Source of the DNA: Moniliella sp. 'wahieum'
Taxonomy: Eukaryota
NCBI GenBank assembly: GCA_003971905.1
Contig: RSEE01000005.1
Coordinates: 1,178,001 to 1,242,000, forward strand
Direction: 5' to 3'
DNA length: 64,000 nt
The notes beneath the pieces are model-generated. The model worked only from the letters and a program-made list of their open reading frames with translations. It ran no database searches and had not been told where the DNA came from. The position numbers were made by a program, and so were the translations under genes. Below are positions 50,072 to 62,500 of this stretch, piece after piece. The number at the start of each line of letters is the position of its first letter. The first letter of the stretch is position 1.

Positions 50072-50921
50072 GTGATGATGGAATGACTAGTGATGGCTCG
50101 GCCCGATGAGGCACAGAACCCCCCCGTCCGCTTGTCCACTTGTGCGTTCCTCCGCCCTTGCAGGCACGCGGGCTGCCATTCTCGTTTGATTTGCTGAACG
50201 GGATGCTGTTCCCAGCTCATCACCTCAGGCCTCACCCCCCTCTACTCCTTCCATGAACTTGAACCTGCTTGTACCCCGTTCCACCGGTCCTTTCATGCTC
50301 AGCCTCAGCTGAGTTGTGTTGCGTAGCTGCGGCGCCTCCCCACGCCCGCCTGTCATTTCTGCAATGCAAGTCGACGATACTACTGTGGTGTGAGCTCGGG
50401 CGGTGGCGAGGGGGGCGATGCAGACGGAGCGGGGCGTCATGCGACGCGATGAGATGACCCGAGATCTGAGATGGGATGGCGCAGGGCGCAGATTCGAGCC
50501 TGTGGATTGGACAGGTGGGAGTGACCTGGGTGACTTGTTCAGAAACCTGGGTCGATTCAATTGAATCACGGAGAGGGAATTTCGCGTCCCTCTTGTCGAG
50601 GCAGAAGCGTGCCAGGATGATGCATGTGATGGGAGCGAAAGTGACGTAGCTAGCCACCGGGTGGCTGAGGGTACCCGGTATAGGCCTAAGGCCGGCAAGC
50701 GACGCGGGGTGCTGGACCGCAGGCAGATGGCACGCAGGCTAGGGTTGGCGCGCCGCACTGCCCCCGTGTCCGTCGGTGGGCGATGCTGGTCGAAACTGGG
50801 ATGCTGCCTGCTGTGGCTCCTCCACTCGTGGCCGTGAGGTGACTGGAAGTGGCTAATCATATTCGTCACTGGCTGGCCTGTCGCCGGGCCAGGCCGCTCT
50901 CGCCCGGCGGGAGCAGCAGCC

Positions 50922-52390
50922 ATGCGGGCTACACGACCCGGCCAGCCCAGCGCGTCACCACCACCTCTCCTCAGGCCAGGCCCCATGTCGGCCGACTTGC
51001 CTCGGCCAGCTCCGCTCGCGGCCGCCCACAATCCTCGGCCCACCAGCCGCGCGTCGCATGCCTCCCCCTCGCCCTCGGTCGAGCAGATGCAGCGCACCAT
51101 GCCTCGCATGACCGACAGCACCACCGGTCCCGGCGGCCCTCGTCGCTCAAGTTTGCCGCCCTCAGCGTCAACTCGTACCAGCTCGACACCCCCTTTATTG
51201 GCACCGCCGTTGGCTCCGATGGCGTCCTGCCCGACCCGCCTGCCTCACAGCACCGCACCTCCCCGCCCCATTCGCCGGCACCACGCCATCTGCCCAGCCC
51301 CATCCCCCCCGCCTGCCCCGCCTGGCTCGGCCCCGTGTCCTCCCTTTCGCCCCACCTTCATCGCAACGCAGACGTGAGCGCGTTGAGCCTCGACGATCTT
51401 CATCGCCCCGAATCAGAGCGCCCATTGTACTCCAGCTTCCACAACGATGTCGACGGCCTGGAGGATTCCACGTCGGTCTTGACTGGCGAAGACGAGGTGG
51501 ATGCCAACTTGGATCTGTCCCCAATTCGCGTGCCCATGCAGGCGCAGAGGAATCCGACTACTGCTTCCCCAAGCATCGCTTGCCCCAGCGGATGCACGAC
51601 GAGTCCAGACCCCGCTTGTGATCGTCGCTTGCGGCTCCTTTTCTCCTCCTACCTACCTTCATTTGCGCATTGAGATGGCCAAGGACGCCATCCTCGAGTC
51701 GGGGGAATACGAACTTTTGGCAGGGTACTACTCGCCAGTTTCGGATCATTACAGAAGGCGGATTTGGCGCCCTCTACGCACCGCGTCCGCATGTGCGAGC
51801 TGGCGGTGGAGAAGACTTCGACTTGGCTCATGGTGGATGCATGGAATCGCTGCAAGATGAGTACCAACGCACTGCCGTCGTCCTGGATCATTTCGACGAC
51901 TGTCTCAACAATGTACCGAGGGCGGCATCCTCCTCTCCGATGGCACCCGCAAACCTGTACGAATATGCTCTTGGCTGGAGGCGACTTGATCCAGAGCATG
52001 GGCGAACCGGGGTTGGGCCGAAGCCGATTTGCGTCACATCTAGGCGGTTCGGGTGCTTGATTGTCGAACGGACCGGCGCCGACGTTTCGTCCTTTCTCTT
52101 GTCTCACGACCTTCTTTGGGCCGAGCGGAACCACCTGTTGGTCATCAAACAGACTATCGTACGTCTCTGTCTCTTTCTGTTTCTCTTCCCCTTTCCGTGT
52201 TGGCTCATGTTTTTGAGCTTGGGCACTGACACGCCTGGCATGCCAGTACAATGACATTTCCTCTAGTAAAGTACGCCTCTTTATCAAGCGAGGCATGAGC
52301 GTCAAGTACCTCTTGCCCAACTCGGTGATTAACTACATCAATCAAACCGGCTGTATCGTCTCCCCGAGCCACACAGAGCCTGCGCTTGAT
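50922..52390 (+). CDS. NMA1: Nicotinamide/nicotinate mononucleotide adenylyltransferase (NMNAT)
   Basis: PLVIVACGSFSPPTYLHLR, GYYSPVSDHY, HRVRMCELAVE, LLAGGDLIQSMGEPG, FGCLIVERTG and NDISSSKVRLFIKRGMSVKYLLPNSV. Low-complexity N-terminus; ends approximate. Confidence 0.92.
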
Positions 52391-52922
52391 TCGCCGAGAT
52401 GCGCTGAACTGGTGCGCATGTTGTCTGTGGAACGCCACAGCGCAAGACGAAAAGTCGCGTTGCGCCGGCCCTCGTTTCTCAAAATGATGCGTAATGCCCC
52501 CCCCCCCCCCCCCCCCCCGCTCCCTCACCACCCCAGGAGACTTATTACCATCTCCTCTAACGTCTTCCAACGCCTTTCAACGTACTGCATTCCCGCCTCT
52601 CTCCCCCTCCCGCCATGCTCCCGCGATCAGCCCACTGGGCTGTCTTGTGTCTTTCGCGGAGCTACCCGAGTTGTTTAGTAGGTCCCCCTCGGCGTTCTCT
52701 ATGTGTCATGCACATGCTCCCATGTGCGCCTCCGTCTAGGCTTTGCGATTCCCCGCACATTCGCCCTCGCTATGATACACCCTCACCCTGCCCAGCCCAC
52801 GTGGGGCGCCGACTGGTTTCTCCTTAGTTTCGTGACCTGCAGCGTGACCTGCAGCGTCATGTGGGATGGATTCGTAGGTGCTGGGACCCTTGTCGGTCCG
52901 CCGACTACCTAACTCCCAGTTA

Positions 52923-54119
52923 CTAGTTGAGTGCCAAGACATGAGGGCTCGGGACGCCGGTCCAGCCGCGTTGGGCATAATCGGCAAACGCAATCACCTC
53001 GCCATCCACCACCTGTTGCACACTCTTGTACGGATAAACGCCGAGGATGCGCTCGCCTTGCTACCGTCCACGCGCGGTTGGATGATGCCCACGCCGCTAC
53101 CATGCCGACCGGGGTGGATGCGCTGCTTCAGTTCGGCGGGCGCGACCGTAGAGGCGTGCACGGCATCGCTAAAGTCCTGCCAGGTCCAACTGTTGGCATA
53201 CGCAGGAATTCTGTCCCCAAAGAGTCAAGCACAACGTCAGATCACGAACCCAACATTTCTCCCTTTGCAGAGGGGGAGGGGGAGGAGGAGGAAATAAGTA
53301 TCAGAAAGACGACGTACCGTTGCCCGCCTGCTTCTGGCACCGAAAGTGCTTTGACATGCATCTCGGCCACGTCGCGTACATCCACATAGCCTCCTTTTGG
53401 ATCCTGGTACTCCTCCACAGGCACCTTTCCCGCAAACAGCTCCCACTGGATGCGCGGGAATAGTTGAGCGCTTCGGGCCCAGCACCGGCAAGCGCGTGAA
53501 TGGGCGGACCAAAGATGTACGTGGGGCAGATGGTGACCAAGTCAAAGGGAGCCTGACTCGTTTCGACAAAGTCCCATGCCGCACGCTCGGCAAGCACCTT
53601 GGATGCATCGTACGCATGTTCCTTGCCCGTGCCGGTGGGGTCGGCTCGGTACAGCTGCAGTCCAGCCGTGTTCCAGTCCTCGCGGTAAACACGGCGTTGG
53701 CAGCTGCGTCGGGCGCGCCACAGCCGACGTGGACGAGGTAAGAACGACGCGCACGGCCGAATCCGCGGCGTGGGCACGGAGCGCACCAAGCACATTGGTC
53801 GTGCTTGCACCGCGGGCTCAATCAAGCTCTGGTCAGGATGGAGAGACGGAGGGCTATCGACCGGCGAGCCCGTGTGGATCACAGCCGCCACCTTTGCACC
53901 GCCGTATCAAACCCGCCCTCGCCGCAGATCGTCCACCACACTACTCAAACCGGCCCGCGCCGTGCCGCGCGTAAATCTGCTCCAGGTACGCGCCCTTGGC
54001 CTCGGAGCGCACAGTGTCCGCACGCGGTACCCGCCGCAGCGCGTACTCGCACACCCACGCACCCACAAACCGCTGCCCGAGGTAACGAGGATCAAGCTGT
54101 TGGGAGCAACGGGCGCCAT
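52923..54119 (-). CDS. NAD(P)-dependent epimerase/dehydratase family reductase (Gre2/aldehyde reductase II-like)
   Basis: LILVTSGSG/FVGAWV Rossmann motif, VIHTGSPV, LIEPAV, RVVLTSS, AYDASKVLAERAAWDFV (YxxxK), FDLVTICPTYIFGP and YVDVRDVAEMHVKAL. Confidence 0.88.
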
Positions 54120-54582
54120 GGGACAAACGTCAAACACCAGCCAACCGTCCGTCTGACAGGTTGACAGGACGCGATAGACCTTCGAGGGGGCGGCGCTATA
54201 AGTATGCTCATTCAGTGCTCCAGTTGGGACGAGCTGGGCCACCGATCACGTAGTCAGACTTGAAGCTTGAAGCTTGATGCATGAAGCTCGTGGCGGCGGG
54301 GGCGGAGGCGCTGCATCTGAGAAGCTGAGAGACCAGATTCTGACGATTCTTCCGATGAATAAGCGCTTGATCGTTCCCCGCCCTCAGAACGCCGCGGACA
54401 ACACCAATGGAGTGCTGGGCCATGTGGCCCGCGCTGAGCTCAGCCTGGAGCTTGGGCCTTGGGGCGTGGGGAGCGACAAACCGATGCGCACGGACCGGGG
54501 CGTTGCGGGAGAGCCGCTCATGACGTCATGCTGGGTATCTATAACGGCCAGGGCAGCCAGGGCACGCTGGGTATCACTACGA

Positions 54583-57500
54583 TGAGTACTGAGTACATTG
54601 AGTACGAGGAGACCACCGGGCTACGGCCCGGTCTGCTGCGTCGCCACCGTAGCCACCGTCCCCCGGTCCCCGTCGGCACCTTAGCCACCGGTCCCCTCGC
54701 CACCTTAGCCACCGTCCACCGTCGCTACCGTCCACGCTGGAACCCTTCCACGCTGGAGAGGGCAAAAATAATATCACGATTTCTGGCTGCGGGTGGCTGG
54801 GAACGTGGCATCGGTCGGCACGTGCCTATGACGTAAAAGTGTGCAGATTTCCCAGCCGATCTATGATATAGAGCGGCACACCGCCCCCCCCGCCGCCGCG
54901 GCCGCGCCCACCACCACCGCCACCAGACGCGCGCAACCCCTCGACCGACCACGGGGCCGACCCTCCTTCCCCGTTTGACCGCCCTGGCCGAGCGCCCAGG
55001 CACACGCAAGATAACGCCACACCTGAAGCGCCCTTTCCTCCAGATGCTCGGCCGTTTGGCGGACGCGTACTTGCAGGAGCCCTCGTCAGCACACCTGATG
55101 GATATTCTAGCGGTGCCTAAGGAAGTACTCCGCTCACAACAAGGACAACAACCTCATCGGGACTACCCCAACAGCGCCTGGCAACTCCCTCCGCCCCCCG
55201 ACTTCTCAACGCGCGAGGCACGACCCAGTCACCAAGGCCGACCGCCTCATTCGGGAGGGCTGCCTCAGCCGCGCAGCAAGTACCCTCGTCGGCCAATCCA
55301 CCATTGCCCCTCTCACCACCGAGACCCAGGCAAGCCTGGAAAAGCTCCATCCCGTTGGAGAGGCGAACCTCAGCCTCGGCCCGGGCACAGCCTTTGGCAA
55401 CACCACACCCACTCGTCCCACCCCAACAGGCCGCGTGGTACCGCGGCACCACCCTCACCGACACGACGGACAGTGACCGTATCGTGGTGGACTTGGACGA
55501 AATCGACTTTGTTGCCTTGATTGCCACGTTCAGAATCGACGTTGGGGCAGGTCTATCCGGGTGGACCCAGCCCCTCCTACGAACGGCCCTTGAATGCAAG
55601 CGCTTCGTCGCCTTTCTCACCGCCCTCACCAAGAGTATTTACCACGGCACCGCCCCAGGACGCGAGCTCCTGTTGGCCCTCCCGCCTCACCCCCCTGGAG
55701 AAGGCATCGGGAGGCATCCGCCCCATCGCCTGTGGGGAGCTGATCTACCGCCTGTGCGCCAAGGCCATCGCTCGAGCGATCGCCCCCAACAGCTGGCTTC
55801 TCCCCACCCAGTTGGGAGTAGCATCGCAAAACGGGGTGGAGCCTATCGTACGGATGGTCGAGCGCATGACAGCGCCAGGCGGGGAGAACGATGCGGAACT
55901 GGGCGACTTCAGCCACGTCGCCATGCTCGACTTTACCAACGCCTTCAACACTGTGCGCCGTCGCACACTCGCCAAGGCGCTCCATGCCTACGCCCCCCAT
56001 CTCCTCACGTTGGGCCGATGGATCTATGGTTCCCCCACCCAGCTCTGGGTCGCGTCGGGCGGAAATGAGACCAACGTCCTGTCGGCAGAGGGCGTACGGC
56101 AGGGCGACCCCCTCGCCCCCTTTTTCTTCTCCATCGCAGTGCGGCCCACGCTGGAGAAACTGGAACAGGACCTGCCGCCGGGGCACCTGGTGATGGCATA
56201 CCTGGACGACATTACGATCTTCGGTCCAGGGCCAGGCATTACCGGCCTAGCCGCGGAGATTTTGGAAGACGACGCGTCAGGCCTCAAGCTCAACCTGCGC
56301 AAGTGTGTCGAGCGGGACCGGGACCAGATTCGGGTGGATGGTCTGCAGGTTCTGGGCACTTGTGTGGGAGGGGTAGACTGTCGTCGATCGTGGCTCCGGG
56401 CCCAACTGGCCAGTCTGAGGGAGAACATGCCTAAGTTTGATGGCATCACCCGCCAGGGACGCCTCTTACTATGGCGGCTCAGCACTCAGACCAAGCTGCG
56501 CCACCTGCTCCGCACCATGCAGATGGAAGGAGAGCTAGACGACGTGCTGGCCGAGATTGATGCCTTCATCTGTACGGAGTTCAGACGGATCCGGGGCGAC
56601 GAGGATCCCCAAGGTGCCAAGGACGACCACTTCGACATGCTCATGAGCCTGCCTCTTCGGCTGGGAGGATGTGGCAGCCCGCTTTACTCGTATATTGCGC
56701 CCCACGCCCGTGCCGCGGCCAACGAGGTCAACGACTATCTTATTACCACTTATGTTGACCGTTCGGGACCGCAAACGGCAAGGGCCAACGCATTTACGAA
56801 GCAACGCCAGCGCTGCCGCGAGATGTGGGAGCAAAGTCGACAGGAGCTGCTCCAGAAGCTGGACGCTGCCGATGGTCGTCATGTGGTTGAGCACAGCAAC
56901 CCGCTGAGCCACAACTGGCTCTCCGCTATTCCATCCGTCCCGTACCTCAAGCTCTCTGACCAGCAGGTCCAGGTTGGTCTCCAGCTCCGCACGCTGTGCC
57001 GCACCACGCGCAGCATGTGCAAGTGCGGCGTCATGTCCTCGCTGGAACACATCATGTCCTGCACCCGCACCCAGGCCAAGTTTGGTGCGTTGCATGAGGC
57101 AGTGCGGGAGCCCATTCTCCAGCTCCTCCGCTCCATCCCCGACACCCACGTCCACAACGAACCTATGGTGGAGGAAGAGGATGGGACGAGGCGCGGACGG
57201 AAGGCACAGCGCACCGATTACCGCGTGATGGGGCCCGGAGCACTGGGAGGAACCGGAATGGAGGTAGACCACACGCTGCGCGACACGGGATCGCAGGAGG
57301 CGCAGAGCGCGTACCGGCGGGTGGTGCATGAGAGCACTGCGTCGCCTTTGGAACGCCGGGAGAAGGAACTGCTTCGGCTGCTTGAACAAGCAGAATGCGA
57401 CAAGAACGCCAAGTACCAGGGACGCACTCAAGAACCGTTTTTCCCCCTGGTTTTGACGACGCGAGGATACTACGGCACCAAGACGGCGGGCAAGTTGTTT

Positions 57501-57659
57501 GCGCATTGGAAGGAGTTGGCTACTAAGTCTCAGTGGAAATGGTTCCTCGCTCGTATGTCAACCACGTTCCTCCGTGTCCACACGCGCTTCCTAGGGTACG
57601 GGACCGGATGGCGTGAGCCGGAGGGTCCTGATATCCTGGCGATCCCCCTGGTCCCTTAA
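54583..57659 (+). CDS. Reverse transcriptase / RLE polyprotein
   Basis: GLSGWT, GGIRPIACGE, QLGV, LDFTNAFNTV, GVRQGDPLAPFFF, AYLDD, GLKLNLRKC, VLG, LPLRLGG, CKCG..LEHIMSC and RLE-like RTD..EVD..DKNAKY..FFPLVLTTRG. 55521-57659 is open; upstream pieces need frameshifts. Confidence 0.9.
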
Positions 57660-57770
57660 TCTTGGTGGCGCTTCCAAGTAACCCCCGCAAGATGAACGGT
57701 TCGGTTTAGACGTAGCGTTCCCCCTGTCCCAGCCTTAAGCTCTGTCAATGGAATGCACACAATATAGAGA
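54583..57770 (+). mobile_element. Non-LTR retrotransposon with RT and restriction-like endonuclease (CRE clade; Cnl1/MoTeR-like)
   Basis: One long ORF, frameshifted in its 5' part, with RT, CCHC and RLE domains, then a ~110-bp 3' UTR whose end at ~57770 is defined by the downstream copies. 5' boundary uncertain (ATG 54583 or ~54780). Confidence 0.9.
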
Positions 57771-57940
57771 TTCTCTGGCTGCGGGTGGCTGGGAACGTGG
57801 CATCGGTCGGCACGTGCCTATGACGTAAAAGTGTGCAGGATTTCCCAGCCGATCTTAGCAAGAGAACGGTTCGGTTTAGACGTAGCGTTCCCCCTGTCCC
57901 AGCCTTAAGCTCTGTCAATGGAATGCACACAATATAGAGA
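57771..57940 (+). mobile_element. Short internally deleted derivative 1 (170 bp)
   Basis: 57771-57855 matches ~54780-54862, then jumps to element position ~57687 and runs to the 3' end (AATATAGAGA). Confidence 0.7.
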
Positions 57941-58366
57941 TTCTCTGGCTGCGGGTGGCTGGGAACGTGGCATCGGTCGGCACGTGCCTATGACGTAAAA
58001 GTGTGCAGGATTTCCCAGCCGATCTTATGACCGTTTTTCCCCCTGGTTTTGACGACGCGAGGATACTACGGCACCAAGACGGCGGGCAAGTTGTTTGCGC
58101 ATTGGAAGGAGTTGGCTACTAAGTCTCAGTGGAAATGGTTCCTCGCTCGTATGTCAACCACGTTCCTCCGTGTCCACACGCGCTTCCTAGGGTACGGGAC
58201 CGGATGGCGTGAGCCGGAGGGTCCTGATATCCTGGCGATCCCCCTGGTCCCTTAATCTTGGTGGCGCTTCCAAGTAACCCCCGCAAGATGAACGGTTCGG
58301 TTTAGACGTAGCGTTCCCCCTGTCCCAGCCTTAAGCTCTGTCAATGGAATGCACAAAATATAGAGA
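57941..58366 (+). mobile_element. Short internally deleted derivative 2 (~426 bp)
   Basis: Same 5' segment (57941-58030). 58031-58366 then duplicates 57435-57770, i.e. the ORF C-terminus and 3' UTR. Confidence 0.7.
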
Positions 58367-59083
58367 TATATTCCGCCTGCGCGTTGGATCATCCAAATCT
58401 TCTTATTAGGCTCGACAGGGCCACCTCGGCCACCACACGCCACACCACACCTCATCTGTCTGCCAACCAACACCTTTGGCAGGTGGTTTGACGATCTGAC
58501 GAGCCACACTTGCCAGATCTCACCGTGTGTGGCCGAGGGCGCTGAGGATGCAATGGGGGGCTCAGCGTTCAGAAGGGATGGGCGCTGAGCGCTGAGCTCA
58601 GTAGCCCAGCTGTTGAGCGGCTGCCATTATGCGGCCCGGCGAATACTGGTTGGTAATGCACCGCACCGCAGCCTCTTCAACTGCATGTGCAACGTTCAAC
58701 GTTCCCATGTTCACAACGCTGAGCTGAGGCGCTGAGAGAGGCTCGCATCCACAACAAACACAGTGCCTCAGTCTTAATAAACCATCACCAGATAATCCCT
58801 CTGTGCCTTAGCACCTCAGCTGCACGTGCACCCCAGGTCTCATCGCCTCATCGCCTAGAGGGCGAGGGAATCCAACTGTACTATTGCCGTAATAGCCTGC
58901 GAAGCGTTTGCGCAGCGCCTCTTTTGCTGTGTATATTCTGTTAGAGGGTACTGCTAGGGTTCTCCTGCGCGGCCCTCAATGGATCGGTGACGCTCGCCTA
59001 GCCGAGCGGAAGCGTTCCGCTCGCAGGCCGCGCACGCCCTGCTCGCTCCATCTCCCTTCTCTCTCTCCTTTCTCCTTCCCTTC

Positions 59084-59237
59084 AGACGTTGCTTGAAGAC
59101 TTGTGGCTCACCACTTTGCCTTCACGCCTTGTCTGAAGGTACGCCTCTGCTTCCTTTCTTGACCTGTTGCTCCTCACAATGAGACGTTGCTTGAAGACTT
59201 GTGGCTCACCACTTTGCCTTCACGCCTTGTCTGAAGG
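59084..59237 (+). repeat. 56-bp exact direct repeat with 42-bp spacer
   Basis: AGACGTTGCTTGAAGACTTGTGGCTCACCACTTTGCCTTCACGCCTTGTCTGAAGG at 59084-59139 and 59182-59237. Confidence 0.9.
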
Positions 59238-59558
59238 CTGCTTCGCAGCTGATCCATAGGATCGCGAGTGCTCCCAAGTCGCACTCTAGCATATTCCACC
59301 TACAGCTAGCTCTTCCCGAACAACACATGCGATTCGAAATGGGTGGGATAAATGGGGGCCGATTACAACTTTCAGGCGCTCAGTATATCTTCAATGTTGA
59401 AGCGCTTCGTTGCGTTGCATATTCAACGTTCAACTGGCCAACCCGCTTTGCTTGGGCGGCGGGGCTAAAAAATTCACCTTCTTCGCGACGCATCCTCCAT
59501 TTACCATCCCCGACCCGCAGCTCCCCAGCCACCGCCGCTTTCTCTTCCTGCCGTCGCC

Positions 59559-62500
59559 ATGGCGAGCCAGATGAGCCTCAGCGCCAAGGAGCAGCTCGCG
59601 GCCGAGACGGGCCGCTTGGGATCCGTCGGCCCTGCAGCGCCCATTCCGGCCCAACTCCAAATCAGCGCAGCTGTGTCGGCTCGCGCGTCCGAAGTGCAGG
59701 CGCTCCTGCGCATGATGAAGGCCGCGCGCGCCAACCAGACGACGCGGGCGTGGCAGCAGCTGCCGCGTGAGTTGCGTCGGAGAGCAGCGAGCCACAACGT
59801 CCTTCGCTTGCCTCGCCGGTTGCGTGCCAAGGCGTTGCGCGAGATGGAGGCGTCCAAGACCCAGCCCCGGACCCGTGCCTCACTCCGCGCACGGTTTGCC
59901 AACCATCCACACACGGCTGCCGCTCGTCGACGCGAACGGCTTCGTGACCGTGCGGCTCGGCCGGAAGCCCAATGGCTCGAGACCCACCGCTGGCACGCCA
60001 AACGGTTCCGTATGACCCGTGGAGCTGATGACAAGCGCCCCGCCCCCACCGCCTTAAGCCCAATCGCGCTCCAGCCGCCGAGCCGCTCCCCATGCCCGTC
60101 GTCGTCGCACAGACCCCTCATCAAAAGTCCCAACGCACTACATGGCGCGCCGCCTCGGACTCGGTCGTTCTCCACGACGCCAGTTATTCGGCATGGTTTC
60201 GGTTGGACTCAACGGCTGAGAGCAAGCAAGACGCCGCTCAAGCTCTCTCCGCCGTCTTGCATGCCGCTGGAGTCGCTTCCACCCCGGCGTGTGCAGTGCA
60301 GGAAGAGCTTCTTTTCTCTGGATCCTATGCTTCCGAATCGGTACTTCTTTCATCTGCCCATACCGACAGAGGGCAAGAGTCGGGGGACAACCTTGCCCGC
60401 GTTGTTGCCCCCGTTTTGCTTCTTCGCTTCACTCACTTGACCAGAGCAAGCGCGGTTCTTCGTACCCATCCTTCTGTGGTAGAAAACGTGCAGAAAGCTC
60501 TCCAAGCGGCTATCCGTTTAACCAAGACGGAAGCGAAGGTGGTCTTGACACCTATGGCTTTAGCTCCTCACCCCTCTGTGGCTGTGCCCAACGAACGATC
60601 GAACCCTCGTCGGGTACGAGATGCAGATTCCCCCCTGCCAGTGTCCAAGACCCCAACATCGGATCACGTCTCCAAGACTGGAAGTCACAAACGGCGACAG
60701 CAAGTCCGTGCTGCCCTCAACTTTTGGTCGGGCAAAGGGCCCAACACGCCTCGCAAGCGCCTGCGCGGGCATGCAGGACAAGCGTTTGTTGGGCCCATCG
60801 CGGGCCCCCAAGCTGGATGGAACACGTTTACTCTCACTGGCCCCGGTGCTGGCAGACTGCTTGGTGCAGTGTTGACCCCAGCTCCCGATACCCCGGACGC
60901 GACCACGCGAGCGTTGCAGCTGATCTCTCAGAAGCTTTCTCCGAGCCATGCCTCGAGGGTCTTCGTCTTCACTGGTGCAAGATCCTCGTCTTGCCTTCCC
61001 TCCTAAACTTCCCCCCCCAACGAGCCCTTGGCGCTTCGCAATGCCGCCAAGAGGGCCAAAGATGAGTTTGGACGTCCTCAGCCCCAACCCCGGCCTCGAT
61101 CTCGTAAGCGCAAACGACAACAAACTGTCCAAGATGCCACAGGCCAAGATGGGCTGCCGGTGGCAGTCGAGCAGTTTAAACCATCCTCGCCAGCCTTACT
61201 CCTGGCCCTTCGTCTCTGGAGCCCAACCCTGTTCTCCATCAATTTTTCTATGCTCCTCCCGATCTGCCTTATTATACCCAGGGGGATATTGACGCTCGTC
61301 GGTCCTGTGCGGCAGGAGGGCTGGTTCCCGGGGCTGTGGTGCGGCCCAGCCCAAGGGACCAAAACCTCCCCGTGCTCTTGATCCGGACGGATGTAAGGAG
61401 CAGGGCGCTGCCCCCCTGTTTTCGGCCTCGGACTTGGAGTCTGCTCTGTCTGCTCAGGCCGGCTCCAAGGCAAAGGAAGGCGATGCGTCGGCTGGGTGGA
61501 CCTTGCTGGTCCCACGAGGGTGGGGAATGGCGTTCTGGAAGAGCCTGGTCCACCCGCACACACGTGTCGCTGCGCAGGACACCCAGGCCACCTAGCCCTC
61601 GAGGCACGCGCACCTACCTTTCCTGACGATTTTGTTACTCCTCTTCCGCCAGGGAGCCAGGGCCCGCTCTGCCTCTGCCCCCCACCCATCCTTTTGCCCA
61701 TCTCTGGCACACGCGCGCTCTCGTCGCTCGACGGGACTGGAAGCGGCATCCTTCAGGCAAACGGACGGCGTTGCCTCCCGATTCCGATGCCGCAGGACAC
61801 CCCCTGACCGCCTTCATCCCCTCGGGCCCCAACCTCTTCCCCCACCATGCCGCCACGTGGCTCGTGGCAGCCCGTATGGCGCGCGCGCGCGCCCTGGCCG
61901 AGCTGCCTCTCACCCCGCTGCCTGGACTGGAGACCAAGCTGGAGGAAAGGACACCTTGGTTGCTCCATGTCACCTCTGCGGATGCCACGGCCTGGTTGGG
62001 CCTCGCCTATGCGCTCTTTTCTCCCCAAGCAACTCCCAGCACCGATGGTGCCCAACTGGCGTGCGCGTTGCAGCAAGTCTCTTCCCTCCCCCCGCGCCAC
62101 ACCCGGCCTCGCAGCCCGTCTGGCCACGTGCTTTGTCCTGGTCCACATTGCCTGTGTGCGCAGGGGCACGCTCACCGCACCCATCGTTGCTGCTCGTCCC
62201 ACAGCAGGAGGATCACCTGTGGCGCTCCGCCTTGCACCAGCTTGCGTTGGACGGGAAAGATGAGGTGGCCAAAGAACGATCGAGAGGCTAGAGATGTCGC
62301 GTGTGCCGGCACCCAAAGCACGTACGTCCCGCTGCCCATCGGACCTGACCGCGAACCCGGTGAACCCGCACAACCGCCGTCCTGGCACCACAAGCAACAC
62401 CAGCGACGCTCAGCGCGTCCGCGCCGACGTACGCCTCTTGGGCACCCAAGATGCTCGGGTAGGTACCGTGACCAGCGCTGGGTTTTCCCTCACCCACGGC

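Noticed and set aside
54460..54582. HDV-like ribozyme upstream of the retroelement ORF
   Set aside because: Only small hairpins and short direct repeats (GCTGGGTATC twice). I could not build the nested double pseudoknot.
57670..57772. Patchy resemblance of the retroelement 3' UTR to yeast U6 snRNA (AAGTAACCC, GATGAAC, ACAATATAGAGAT)
   Set aside because: The blocks are short and out of order, and the invariant ACAGAGA box is not matched. Probably chance; an Infernal search would settle it.
57771..58030. CRISPR-like or satellite array
   Set aside because: Eukaryotic context, units derive entirely from the adjacent retroelement, and there are no unique spacers.
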